Shown: positions 41,746-51,924, numbered from the stretch's first letter. The stretch: 58,263 nt of DNA from Candidatus Krumholzibacteriia bacterium (GCA_041484665.1 JBGPIA010000023.1:1-58263); one strand, 5' to 3'. Program-made: numbers and translations. Notes: generated from the letters alone by a model not told the origin.

Positions 41746-43080
41746 ATGCGCTCTTCCTACCTCCTGTTGCGGCTGTGCCCGCAGCTCGCGATGACTCGTG
41801 GGCAGCGGGCGATGGCGTGCCGGCGGCGTGCAACAGGGCGCCGCCCGCGCGCGGTGCCGCGCCGCCCGCCCGTCTGGACCGCGTTGACACTGGCGCGGGT
41901 GCTGCTGACCGGGCTGGTGGCGACCGCCGGGCCCGCGGCGCCAGCGCGCGCCGGGATCACCTTCACCTTCGAGGTCGTCGACAAGCGCGCGCGCCTGGGG
42001 GAGTACTCCCACCTGGTCCTCGATGCGCAGGGCCAGCCGCACATCAGTTACTACAACCGCAGCTCCGGGTACCTGCGCTACGCGCACATGGTCAACGGAA
42101 CCTGGGTGAAGGAGACGGTTCCCGATAACACCGGACACAACGTCGGCGGCTACACGTGGCTGGTGCTGGACAAGGACGAAGCACCGCACATCGCGTACTT
42201 CGACTGGACGACCTTCGATCTGCGCTACGCCACCAAGGCGGGCGGCACCTGGCGGACGCAGCTGGTCGACGCCGACGGCCACGTCGGGCGCTATCCGTCG
42301 CTGCAGATCGATCCGCAGGGCGACGAACACATCGTGTACTACGACGTGGATCGCGGGGACGTGAAGTACGCGCGGCTCTCCGGCGGGGCCTGGGCGATCT
42401 CGCTGGTCGACACGACGGGCAACGTCGGCGCGAAGTCGCAGATGCGGCTGAACTCCAAGGGAATGCCCTGCGTCAGCTACTCCGACGAGACCAACGGCGA
42501 TCTCAAGTACGCCGAACTGACGGACACAGGCTGGGCGATCGATGTGGCCGACGACGGCGGCGGCCTGGATGTCGGCGGCTACACGGCGTTGGCTCTCGAT
42601 GCTCAGGACCACCCGCACATCCTGTACGCTCACTCCGACGGCATGCAGGGGCTCGGGGACACCTGGTACATCACCCGCACGCCGCAGGGCTGGGTCAAGG
42701 AGGTCGTGGACGACGGTCCCAACGAAACCGGTTTCCACCCGTCGATCGAGGTCGACGCCCAGGGCAACGTGCAGTGCGTGTACCGCGACCAAAGCGCGCT
42801 GATCCTCAAGTACGCCTCCAAGGTCGACGGGGCCTGGCAGATCCTGGTCGTGGACGATACGGGTGACCTGGGCTATGGCGCGTCGCTGGCCGTCGACGCC
42901 CAGGGGCAGCCCCACGTCTCGTACTACGACAACACCTTGCAGGCGTTGAAATACGCCAGCGGCCTGCGGCAGGTCCCCGCAGCCGTCAAGAGCATGGGTG
43001 CGCTGCGGGCTCTCTTTTCGCCGGCGCTACCGCCTCCGGCGCCCCCGCGGACCGACCCGCCGCCGCACGGCCCGCGCTGA
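41746..43080 (+). CDS. Secreted beta-propeller-like repeat protein
   Basis: About 7 repeats of SL.LD.QG.PHISYYD..LKYA..W..VD; C-terminal SMGALRALF; start uncertain. Confidence 0.85.
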   Translation: MRSSYLLLRLCPQLAMTRGQRAMACRRRATGRRPRAVPRRPPVWTALTLARVLLTGLVATAGPAAPARAGITFTFEVVDKRARLGEYSHLVLDAQGQPHISYYNRSSGYLRYAHMVNGTWVKETVPDNTGHNVGGYTWLVLDKDEAPHIAYFDWTTFDLRYATKAGGTWRTQLVDADGHVGRYPSLQIDPQGDEHIVYYDVDRGDVKYARLSGGAWAISLVDTTGNVGAKSQMRLNSKGMPCVSYSDETNGDLKYAELTDTGWAIDVADDGGGLDVGGYTALALDAQDHPHILYAHSDGMQGLGDTWYITRTPQGWVKEVVDDGPNETGFHPSIEVDAQGNVQCVYRDQSALILKYASKVDGAWQILVVDDTGDLGYGASLAVDAQGQPHVSYYDNTLQALKYASGLRQVPAAVKSMGALRALFSPALPPPAPPRTDPPPHGPR

Positions 43081-43250
43081 CGCTCGTGCAGGCCCGCGCT
43101 GACGCCGGGACCCCACCGCGCTGACGGCCCGCGCAGGCCCGCGTTGACTCCCCGCCCGGCCCGGGCTGACACCCGCGCCGGCGCGGGGTCCCAGCACCCT
43201 CTCCGCTGGCGCTTGGCGCGCTTCCAGCTAGAATGGACCGCAGAAGCAGT

Positions 43251-43623
43251 GGGGGCGAACGGTTTCGACGGAAGTGGACCGGCCCCGGACTGCGTGCCGA
43301 GGATCTCACCAACCTCGTTAAACCGGTGGGAAACAACAACTGACGAGCCTATGGCTCTCGCTGCCTAGTCGGTCCTAGACCGGCCGGGATCAAACAGCCG
43401 TCTGCCGTGGAGCGTGCCTGCGGGCTCCGCGTGCGGGCGTCATTTTCCGTGGGCTGGACGCCAACCCGTAGCCACAGGGGGCAGCGTCGAGATCAATGGG
43501 GCTAGTGCCTGGTCAACCTCTGCTGTCGAGGGGGCAGGGCGCGAAATCAATCGACGGCTACGCACGTAGAGGTTCGTGGTCGACGCTTTTCGGACGCGGG
43601 TTCGATTCCCGCCGCCTCCACCA
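43251..43623 (+). ncRNA. ssrA: tmRNA
   Basis: 5' GGGGGCGAACGGTTTCGAC, 3' GCGGGTTCGATTCCCGCCGCCTCCACCA, tag frame ending ..MALAA-stop. Confidence 0.97.
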
Positions 43624-43728
43624 CTCCTTCGCGCTCCAACCGCCCACACGGGCGGCTCGATGGGTGTGCTTCGGGGTCCACACGCCTTCCCACCCCGCGC
43701 CCTGCCCACCCCGGGACGCGAGCGCTGC

Positions 43729-43757
43729 TTGAGGCCACCTGCGTAGGTCGCTATAGT
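43729..43757 (+). promoter_or_regulatory. Putative sigma70 promoter of the yggS operon
   Basis: TTGAGG-17 bp-TATAGT. Confidence 0.5.
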
Positions 43758-43798
43758 GTCGCCGCCCGGGCGCACTGTCACCCGAGCGTGAGCGTGTC

Positions 43799-44527
43799 AT
43801 GCCTGCGAGCATCGCCGACAACCTGCGCGCGGTCCGCGCCCGCATCGCCGATGCGTGCGCGCGAGCCGGGCGCGAGCCGGCCGACGTGGCGATCCTTGCG
43901 GTCACCAAGACGCACCCCGTGACGGTCATGCTCGCCGCCGCCGCGGCGGGGCTGTCGGACCTGGGGGAGAATCGCGTGCAGGAGGCCCTGCCCAAGGTCG
44001 AGGCGCTGCGCGAGCTGGCCTCGCGCGCTGGCGCAGCTCCGCCGCCGCGCGTGCACCTGATCGGCCGGTTACAGAGCAATAAGGTGAACAAGGCAGTGGG
44101 CGTGTTCGACTCCATCGCGACGCTCGATGCGCCGGAGCTGCTCGACAGAGTCGCCGCACGCGCCGCAGCGCTGGGCAGCACGCAGAGGGTGTGGCTTCAG
44201 GTGAACGTGTCGAGCGAGCCGCAGAAGGGGGGCTGCGCCCCGGCCCGGACTCGCGAGCTGTGGGCGCGCGCCGCCGCGGCGCCGTCGCTGCGGCCGGTGG
44301 GGCTGATGATGATCGGCCGTCTGGGATCGGCGGAAGCGGAAGTGCGCGCGGAGTTCGCGGATCTGCGCGAGCTGGCCGCTGGACTGGCCCGCTCCGATGG
44401 CCGGCGCGTCGAGCTCTCCATGGGGATGAGCGACGACTTCGAATGGGCGGTGCTGGAGGGGAGCACGCAGGTGCGGCTGGGGAGCGTGCTGTTCGGACCG
44501 AGGCTCCTGCAGATGCAAGATTCCTGA
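43799..44527 (+). CDS. yggS: YggS PLP homeostasis protein
   Basis: AVTKT, GENRVQE, HLIGRLQSNK, LSMGMSDD, GSTQVRLG. Confidence 0.95.
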   Translation: MPASIADNLRAVRARIADACARAGREPADVAILAVTKTHPVTVMLAAAAAGLSDLGENRVQEALPKVEALRELASRAGAAPPPRVHLIGRLQSNKVNKAVGVFDSIATLDAPELLDRVAARAAALGSTQRVWLQVNVSSEPQKGGCAPARTRELWARAAAAPSLRPVGLMMIGRLGSAEAEVRAEFADLRELAAGLARSDGRRVELSMGMSDDFEWAVLEGSTQVRLGSVLFGPRLLQMQDS

Positions 44528-44690
44528 CCGCTGCCGCATGGTGTCCGTCCGCGGGCCGGAAGCCGCGGGCCGTGGCGGAGCCGCCGCGCGCGCGCGCCGG
44601 GACGACCGGAAGTCTCCCGGGACAGCGGGAAGACCGCAAGGATGGCTGGAGTGCCGCGGACGCAAAGGCTGGCCGCGGGGGAGGTTTGGC

Positions 44691-44942
44691 TTGCAGGTTG
44701 CAACCCTGGCCGTTGGGCTGGTCGATCTCTACATGCTGGTCATCCTCGCACGGGTCATTCTGAGCTGGATCGGCCAGGAGGGGAGCCATCCCATTGCGCG
44801 CCTGCTGGAGCGCGTCACCGAGCCGGTGCTCGCTCCGCTGCGCGCTCTCGTGCCGGCCGTGGGGGGCCTGGATCTAAGCCCTGTCCTCGCGCTCCTGGCA
44901 CTGTCGTTCTTTCGTCGGATCCTGAGCCGGCTGCTGACGTAG
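44691..44942 (+). CDS. yggT: YggT family membrane protein
   Basis: ARVILSW..VTEPVLAPLR..GGLDLSP; TTG start after GGAGG assumed. Confidence 0.9.
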   Translation: MQVATLAVGLVDLYMLVILARVILSWIGQEGSHPIARLLERVTEPVLAPLRALVPAVGGLDLSPVLALLALSFFRRILSRLLT

Positions 44943-45017
44943 CCGGGCGGGCGGCCGTTGCCAACTCCGACTGCACAGAGGGCGACGCCGACCGAGACGC
45001 CGATTTGAGGAGGCGCA

Positions 45018-46490
45018 ATGCGCATCACGCCGCTGGACGTACGCAAACAGGAGTTCCGCAAGGTCGTCCGGGGCCTCGACGCCGAGGAAGTCTACGCCTT
45101 CCTCGCCACCGTGGCTGATGAGTACGAGACAGTGCTCACGGATAACAAGCAGCTGCGCGAGCGGGTGCTGGAGCTCGACGAGAAGGTCAGCGAGTACCGC
45201 AACATGGAGAAGACGCTGCGCGACACGCTGCTGACTGCCGAGCGCGTGATGGCCGAGGCGCGGGAGAACGCGCGCAAGGAAGGCGAGCTGATCGTGCGCG
45301 ACGCCCGCGTCCGCGTCGACCACGAGATCGCGGCGATCGCGAACCAGGTGCAGGTGCTCAAGGCCCAGGTGCGCGAGTTGCGCAACCAGCGTGACGGATT
45401 CCTGGCGCGGCTGCGCGGGCTGGCCGAAGGGCAGCTCGGTCTGGTGGATAGCTACGCGCGCGACTTCCGCGATGACGACGATCAGGAGCATCCGAACCAG
45501 CTCGCCGCGCAGCACGCCGCCCAGAACGCGCAGTACGCGGGGCAGCAACCGGCGCAGTACGCGGGGCAGCAACCGGCGCCGCCGCAGACCGCGACGGGTG
45601 CGGGGGCTCCGCGCGGTGGGACGCCGTACGGCACGCCTGCCTCCGCTCCGGCGTACGGTCCACCGCCCTACACGCCCGCGCCGCCGCCCTACGGCCCGGC
45701 TGGGCCCACGCAGTCGTCCTATGGCCCCACGGCTCCAAGCCCCGCGGGCCCGATCCCGATGGCTCCCACTGGACCCGGCGGCCCGAACGTGGGGCCCGCA
45801 GCTCCGCCTGCGTACGGCGGCGAGCGGGGCGAGCCCGATCGCTGGCGCGACTACGATCCCAATCGCGATCCCAATCGTGATCCGGGACGCGCGTCCGCCC
45901 GTGACACTGGGCGAGACCAAGGGCGCGATCCGGGCCGTGACTCGAGCCGTGACTCGGGCCGGGCGCAGCGGGTCGGGTACGCCGATCCGCGCAGCGCTGC
46001 GTACCCGGGCACCGTTGGTGTCCCGGCGGCGGCGCAGCCGATGGCGGGACGCGCGGCCGCGGGAGTCGCCGCGGGCGGTCCCGCGCGCGCATCACGCGGG
46101 CCGGTGCGCGGCGAGCTGGAGTTTCCCGCGGCGGTGCCGCCACCCCCGGTGGGGCCGGTGGAGACGCGCGTGGACGCCCTCCCCGAGAGCCGCTTGTTCT
46201 TCGATGAGCAGGCCGAGCAGGTTGCCGACGCGGTGGTGAGCGTGGCCGCCGACATGGCACAAGCAGCCCAGGTCGGCTACGAGGCCGAGCATGAGGGCGA
46301 CGATCCCTGGAGCATACTGAGCCCGGCTGGACAGCCCCGGGAAAGTGTGGCACCCTACCCGGCTGATCCGCAGGCAGCACCGGCACCGCAGCCGGAGAGC
46401 TCGCCTGCCGACGATTCCGGGAGGCGTTCTGGCGCGGGCTGGTCGCGCTGGGCCATCGACAAATTCAGCAAGGCGCTCGGCGACTTCTAG
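45018..46490 (+). CDS. divIVA: DivIVA-domain protein with long low-complexity C-terminal extension
   Basis: MRITPLDVRKQEFRKVVRGLDAEEVYAFL plus coiled coil; yggS-yggT-divIVA-ileS synteny. Confidence 0.9.
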   Translation: MRITPLDVRKQEFRKVVRGLDAEEVYAFLATVADEYETVLTDNKQLRERVLELDEKVSEYRNMEKTLRDTLLTAERVMAEARENARKEGELIVRDARVRVDHEIAAIANQVQVLKAQVRELRNQRDGFLARLRGLAEGQLGLVDSYARDFRDDDDQEHPNQLAAQHAAQNAQYAGQQPAQYAGQQPAPPQTATGAGAPRGGTPYGTPASAPAYGPPPYTPAPPPYGPAGPTQSSYGPTAPSPAGPIPMAPTGPGGPNVGPAAPPAYGGERGEPDRWRDYDPNRDPNRDPGRASARDTGRDQGRDPGRDSSRDSGRAQRVGYADPRSAAYPGTVGVPAAAQPMAGRAAAGVAAGGPARASRGPVRGELEFPAAVPPPPVGPVETRVDALPESRLFFDEQAEQVADAVVSVAADMAQAAQVGYEAEHEGDDPWSILSPAGQPRESVAPYPADPQAAPAPQPESSPADDSGRRSGAGWSRWAIDKFSKALGDF

Positions 46491-46611
46491 CGCGCACGCG
46501 CTCGCCTCCCCGCGCGCCGTTCGCCGATCGACGGCCGGGCCTCTGGCCTGGCCGTCTTCGTTTCATGCGGCCCGACGGGGCATGACCGTCTTATTGTTTG
46601 CGGAGCCGACG

Positions 46612-47445
46612 ATGCTCGAAGGACGCGCAACGATCCAACAGGCCATCGCCGGCGCGGTGGACTTCCTGCGCAAGCAGACCGCGTTCACGCCCGAGTTCGG
46701 GCTGATCCTCGGCACCGGACTGGGCAGCTTCGGCGACCGCATCGACCGCGAGTTCTCCGTCGCGTTCGACGAGATCCCCGGCTTCGTCAAGAGCACGGCG
46801 GAATCCCATGCGGGCAACTTCATCCTCGGGCGACTGGGCGGCAAGCGCGTCGCCGCCATGCAGGGCCGCGTACACTACTACGAGGGCTACAGCATGAAGG
46901 AGATCACCCTGCCGGTGCGGGTGATGCGCGCGCTGGGAGCCCACAGCCTGGTGATGAGCAATGCGGTGGGCGGGATGAGCCCGCAGATGACGCCCGGCGA
47001 CATCGTGATCCTCAGCGACCATATCAATCTGATGGGGGACAACCCGCTGATCGGGCCCAACGACGACGAGCTGGGCCCGCGCTTCCCCGACATGTCACAG
47101 CCCTACGACCGCGCCTACGCCCAGCGCGCTGTCGAGATTGCCCGCGAGCTGCGCATCGGCGCCCACAAGGGCGTTTACGTTGCCGTCGCCGGCCCCAACC
47201 TCGAGACCGCGGCGGAGTACCGCTTCCTGCGGGCGAGCGGGGCGGACATCGTGGGCATGTCGATGGTCCCGGAGTGCCTGGTGGCCGTCCACGGCGGCAT
47301 GCGGGTGCTGGGCCTGTCGGTGATCACGGACCGCTGCCTGCCCGACGCGCTGCAGCCGGCGAATGTGGCCGACATCATCGCCATCGCCAACGCCACGGAG
47401 CCCGCGCTCAGCGCGCTGGTCACCCGCTTCCTCGAGACGTCCTGA
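46612..47445 (+). CDS. punA: Purine-nucleoside phosphorylase (trimeric type)
   Basis: GLILGTGLG, GRVHYYEGY, DHINL, GPNLETAAE, VGMS. Confidence 0.93.
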   Translation: MLEGRATIQQAIAGAVDFLRKQTAFTPEFGLILGTGLGSFGDRIDREFSVAFDEIPGFVKSTAESHAGNFILGRLGGKRVAAMQGRVHYYEGYSMKEITLPVRVMRALGAHSLVMSNAVGGMSPQMTPGDIVILSDHINLMGDNPLIGPNDDELGPRFPDMSQPYDRAYAQRAVEIARELRIGAHKGVYVAVAGPNLETAAEYRFLRASGADIVGMSMVPECLVAVHGGMRVLGLSVITDRCLPDALQPANVADIIAIANATEPALSALVTRFLETS

Positions 47446-47453
47446 CGCCGTCC

Positions 47454-50400
47454 ATGTCGCAGGCGCCGACACGCGACTCCGCCTATCCGGCCTCCCTGGG
47501 CGAGGAGGACCTGCCCCGCGCGGAGGCGACCATTCGCACGTGGTGGCGGGAGCGGGACGTCTTCGGCCGCACCGAGCGCGAACGCAAGGGGCGTCCAGCA
47601 TTTGTGTTCTACGAAGGCCCGCCCACGGCCAACGGCCGCCCGGGGGTCCACCACGTGGCCGCGCGCCTGGTGAAGGACATCTTCTGTCGCTACAAGACCA
47701 TGACCGGCCACTACGTGCTGCGCAAGGCCGGCTGGGACACGCACGGTCTGCCCGTGGAGATCGAGGTCGAGAAGCAGCTGGGGCTCAGCAGCAAGGATCA
47801 GGTCGAGGCCTACGGGATCGAGGCCTTCAACCGCCAGTGCCGCGAGTCGGTCTTCCGCTACAAGGAGGACTGGGACGATTTCACCAACCGCATCGGGTTC
47901 TGGCTCGACCTGGAGCACCCCTACGTCACCTACGACAACGACTACATCGAGTCGGTATGGTGGCTCCTGCGGCAGCTATGGGACAAGGGACTGCTCTACC
48001 GCGGCCACAAAGTCGTGCCGTACTGCACGCGCTGCGAGACCGCGCTCTCCAGCCACGAGGTGGCCCTGGGCTATCGTGACGTCGACGATCCCTCGGTCAC
48101 CGTCCGCTTCAAGGCCAAGGATCACGACGAGCACTTCTTGGTGTGGACGACCACGCCGTGGACCCTGCCCAGCAACGTGGCGCTCGCCGTCGGCGCGGAC
48201 ATCGACTACGTCGCGGTCGAGCACGAGGGCAGCCGTCTGATCCTCGCCGATGCCCGCGTCCCGGCCTGCTTCGGCGACAAGCCGCCCGCGGTGGTGCAGC
48301 GCTACAAGGGGCGCGAGCTGGTGGGCCGCGCGTACGAGCAACTCATCCCGGTGCTCGTGCCCGACAAGCCGGCGTTCCGCGTCATCGCCGCCGACTTCGT
48401 CTCGACCGAGGATGGCACGGGCATCGTGCACATGGCCCCGGCCTACGGCGAGGACGACGCGCGCGCGGCGAGGGAGAATGGCCTGCCGACGCTGCATCCG
48501 GTGGACAAGTCCGGACGCTTCGGGCCGGCGCTGACCCCCTACGCGGGGATGCACGTCAAGGAGGCCGACCCCAAGATCATCGCGGACCTCAAAGCCAGCG
48601 GAAAGCTCTTCCGCCGCGAGCAGGTGCGCCACAGCTATCCCCACTGCTGGCGCTGCCACTCGCCGCTGCTCTACTACGCGCGCGACTCCTGGTACATCCG
48701 CACCACCGCGGTGAAGGACCAGCTGCTGGCGGCCGACGCCTCGGTGGGCTGGGTCCCCGACGGAGCGGGCAAGGAGCGCTTCTCGGACTGGCTGCAGAAT
48801 AACGTGGACTGGGCGCTCTCGCGCGACCGCTTTTGGGGCACGCCGCTGCCCGTGTGGGAATGCGGCGCGTGTGGCGCCCGCGAGTGCGTAGGCGCGCGCG
48901 AGCAGATCGTCCAGCTGGGAGGCCAGGTTCCCGACGACCTGCACCGGCCCTACATCGACGCGGTCGTGCTGCGCTGCCCGCGCTGCGCCGGAGCCATGCG
49001 CCGCACTCCCGAGGTGATCGACGTCTGGTTCGACTCGGGGGCGATGCCGTATGCCCAGTGGCACTATCCGTTCGAGAACCAGCAGCGCTTCGAGGAGCAG
49101 TTTCCCGCCGATTTCATCAGCGAGGGCATCGACCAGACACGCGGCTGGTTCTACAGCCTGCTGGCCATCTCCACCATGATCAGCGGCCGCTCCAGCTACA
49201 GGAACGTGCTGGCCGTCGGGCTGCTGCTGGACAAGCATGGGCAGAAGATGTCCAAGTCCAAGGGGAACACGGTCGATCCCCTCGCGCTGCTGCGCGAGGA
49301 CGGCGCCGACGCGCTGCGCTGGTATCTGGTGACGACGTCGCCGGCATGGACGGCCACTCGCTTCGACCCCGATGGCGTCAAGGAGGCGCGCCGCCGCATG
49401 TTGGCGACGCTGGAGAACGTGTACGCGTTCTTCGGGCTCTACAGCAACCTCGACGGCTACCGGGCGCGCGCCGTCACCGCTCCCGGCCGCCTGACCGATC
49501 GACTCGATCGCTGGATCCTCAGCCGCTATCACGCCGTTGCCGCCGAGGTGGGCGCGGCGCTCTCGGGCTGGGATCCCACGCGCGCTGCCCGTGCGCTGCA
49601 GGACTTCATCGTCGACGAGCTCTCCAATTGGTACGTGCGGCGCAGCCGCCGCCGCTTCTGGAAGGGCGAGTTGAACGCTGACAAGGCGGCCGCCTTCGAC
49701 ACACTCTCCACCGTGCTGGAGGGGACCGCGCGGCTGCTCGCGCCGTTCACGCCGTTCCTGGCCGAGCGCCTCTACCGGGCCATGCACGGAGCTGGCGCGG
49801 CGGTGGGCGTGGTGGCGGGCGCGGCGCCAGGCGCGGCGACCGCAGCGACCACAGCAGAGGCGTCGGGAGCGCCGACGCGCACGGCAGCGGTCCCGCTGGC
49901 GGGCGCCCCGAAGGCCAGCGCTGGACCGGGCGCCCCGGCAGCGCATGCGCCGGCGGCAAGCACACAAACCTCAGTGGCGCCGCCCGAAAGCGTCCACCTG
50001 GCTGAATTCCCCAGTTCCGACCCCGCCCTGCGCGACCTCGATCTGGAGCGAGGGATGGCCGCCGTGCTCGAGGCGGTGGGGCTGGGGCGCAGCCTGCGCA
50101 GCCAGCACCAGTTGCGTACGCGTCAGCCCCTGCGAGAGGGGCTGGTCTACGGGCAAACCGCCGCGGCCCGCCGCGCGCTGGCTCGCCCCGATTATCGCGA
50201 ACTCATCGCCGACGAACTCAACTTGAAGGCGGTCCACGAGCTGGCCGATCCGTCCAAGGTCGCCCGGGTCTCGGCCAAGGCCAACTTCCGCGCGCTCGGC
50301 GCGCGCCTGGGCCGTCAGACCCCCCGGGTGGCCGAGGCGGTGGCGGCGCTGGATGCCCCGCGAATCGCCCGGCTGCGGGCCGAGGGTGCCCTGGAGGTCG

Positions 50401-50798
50401 AGGTGGATGGCGCGCCCGTGCGCGTGGGGCTGGACGAGGTGTTCATCCAGGAGGAGGGGCTGCCGGGCTACGTGTCGGAGAGCAGCCGCAACGTGCTGCT
50501 GGCGCTCAATATCGAGCTCGACTCCGACCTCATCATGGAGGGCCTGGCCCGCGAGCTGGTCAACCGCATCCAGAACCTGCGCAAAGATGGGGGACTCGCG
50601 GTTTCCGACCGGATCGTGCTTACTGTAGCGGGCGATGAAACGGTCCTGGACACCCTGCGGGTGCACGGCGAGCGGATCCGGGAGGAGACTTTGGCCGTCA
50701 CGACGGGACCGCTCCCGCGCGGGGCGGAGGCCAAGGCCGAGTTCGAGATCGACGGTCACACGGTGATGATCGCCCTGGCCCGGGCCACGCCGGGCTGA
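47454..50798 (+). CDS. ileS: Isoleucine--tRNA ligase, type 2
   Basis: EGPPTANG.PGVHH, GWDTHGLP, WTTTPWT, GTGIVH, DQTRGWF, KMSKS, type-2 C-terminus. Confidence 0.97.
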   Translation: MSQAPTRDSAYPASLGEEDLPRAEATIRTWWRERDVFGRTERERKGRPAFVFYEGPPTANGRPGVHHVAARLVKDIFCRYKTMTGHYVLRKAGWDTHGLPVEIEVEKQLGLSSKDQVEAYGIEAFNRQCRESVFRYKEDWDDFTNRIGFWLDLEHPYVTYDNDYIESVWWLLRQLWDKGLLYRGHKVVPYCTRCETALSSHEVALGYRDVDDPSVTVRFKAKDHDEHFLVWTTTPWTLPSNVALAVGADIDYVAVEHEGSRLILADARVPACFGDKPPAVVQRYKGRELVGRAYEQLIPVLVPDKPAFRVIAADFVSTEDGTGIVHMAPAYGEDDARAARENGLPTLHPVDKSGRFGPALTPYAGMHVKEADPKIIADLKASGKLFRREQVRHSYPHCWRCHSPLLYYARDSWYIRTTAVKDQLLAADASVGWVPDGAGKERFSDWLQNNVDWALSRDRFWGTPLPVWECGACGARECVGAREQIVQLGGQVPDDLHRPYIDAVVLRCPRCAGAMRRTPEVIDVWFDSGAMPYAQWHYPFENQQRFEEQFPADFISEGIDQTRGWFYSLLAISTMISGRSSYRNVLAVGLLLDKHGQKMSKSKGNTVDPLALLREDGADALRWYLVTTSPAWTATRFDPDGVKEARRRMLATLENVYAFFGLYSNLDGYRARAVTAPGRLTDRLDRWILSRYHAVAAEVGAALSGWDPTRAARALQDFIVDELSNWYVRRSRRRFWKGELNADKAAAFDTLSTVLEGTARLLAPFTPFLAERLYRAMHGAGAAVGVVAGAAPGAATAATTAEASGAPTRTAAVPLAGAPKASAGPGAPAAHAPAASTQTSVAPPESVHLAEFPSSDPALRDLDLERGMAAVLEAVGLGRSLRSQHQLRTRQPLREGLVYGQTAAARRALARPDYRELIADELNLKAVHELADPSKVARVSAKANFRALGARLGRQTPRVAEAVAALDAPRIARLRAEGALEVEVDGAPVRVGLDEVFIQEEGLPGYVSESSRNVLLALNIELDSDLIMEGLARELVNRIQNLRKDGGLAVSDRIVLTVAGDETVLDTLRVHGERIREETLAVTTGPLPRGAEAKAEFEIDGHTVMIALARATPG

Positions 50799-50962
50799 GT
50801 CGGGATGGCGCCGGGCCAAGCGCCGTCGACACGGGACCCAGTCGGACGACGCCGGCCCCATGCCGGCGTGACGCCGGGCGGATGCCGGCGGGCAGCGATT
50901 GGGCAACCAATCGAAGGACTCAGCCCGTCTCGGAGACGGTGCGCGCGAGCAGGAGGAACAAC

Positions 50963-51328
50963 GTGAGGCAACGGGATCTGTCCAAGTTCCGCACCCGGCT
51001 GGTCGAGGAGCGGGACCGCATCATGAAGTCGCTGCGCCGGCACGAGACCACGATTCAGTCTGCCGAAGAAGGGGAGGGCAGGGCCCACAGCAACCACATT
51101 GCCGACCAGGGCACCGACGAGTTCAACCAGGAGCAGCTCATCAAGCTCACCCAGAGCGAGGGACGCTACCTGTACCGTATCGAAGACGCCCTCAAGCGCA
51201 TCGAGGATAGCACCTACGGTCTCTGCGAGCTGTGCAACGAGCAGATCGGCCTCGAGCGTCTCGAGGCGCTGCCCTACACGCGCATGTGCATCGCCTGCGC
51301 GGAGACCGAGGATAAGAAACGCGGATGA
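50963..51328 (+). CDS. TraR/DksA family C4 zinc-finger protein
   Basis: YGLCELC..I..RLEALP..CIAC; AGGAGG RBS; GTG start. Confidence 0.92.
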   Translation: MRQRDLSKFRTRLVEERDRIMKSLRRHETTIQSAEEGEGRAHSNHIADQGTDEFNQEQLIKLTQSEGRYLYRIEDALKRIEDSTYGLCELCNEQIGLERLEALPYTRMCIACAETEDKKRG

Positions 51329-51924
51329 TCCTGCTCTCGCGCCGCTGGCCGTTCGTGCTGGCCGTCGCCGTGCTGGCCACGGACTTCATCACCAAGCGCT
51401 TCGTCCTGGCCCACGTGGGCACGTTCGCACAGGGGATCCCCCTCATCCACGGCGTGCTGCGCTTCACCTACGTGCGCAATTCCGGGGCGGCGTTCGGGCT
51501 GTTCCAGGGCGCGCGCTGGCCATTCATCCTGGTGAGCCTCGGAGCGATCGTGCTGCTGTGGGGGGTGCTGTCGCGCGGCCGCTCGCCGCGCCTGCGCGCG
51601 ATCGCCTACGCACTGATCCTGGCCGGTGCCGCCGGGAACCTGGTCGACCGTCTGTTCTATGGCGGGCGCGTCGTCGACTTCATCGAGATGGGCCTGCGCG
51701 GACACACCTTCCCCGTGTACAACGTGGCGGACATGGGCGTGAGCATCGGCGCCACGCTGCTCGTGCTCGGGATGTTGCTGGAGGGGCGCGGAGCCCCGCG
51801 CACCGGCGGGGTCCCGCAGCCCGGCACCAATTCCGTCGGTGCGGTCGGTGCCGTCGGTGGCGCGGCCGCGGTCGCGCCCGCGCACCCGGCCCGCGATGAG
51901 CTCTCCCAACCCGGCCACCCGTAG
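51325..51924 (+). CDS. lspA: Lipoprotein signal peptidase II
   Basis: D..TK, NSGAAFG, GNLVDR, VVDF, YNVAD. Confidence 0.95.
   Translation: MILLSRRWPFVLAVAVLATDFITKRFVLAHVGTFAQGIPLIHGVLRFTYVRNSGAAFGLFQGARWPFILVSLGAIVLLWGVLSRGRSPRLRAIAYALILAGAAGNLVDRLFYGGRVVDFIEMGLRGHTFPVYNVADMGVSIGATLLVLGMLLEGRGAPRTGGVPQPGTNSVGAVGAVGGAAAVAPAHPARDELSQPGHP

Noticed and set aside
43624..43800. Island integrated at the ssrA 3' end (or at tRNA-Val)
   Set aside because: No integrase or duplicated 3' end; yggS follows ssrA directly
49788..49985. Intein in IleRS
   Set aside because: Too short and low-complexity; lacks N-terminal Cys/Ser and terminal His-Asn motifs
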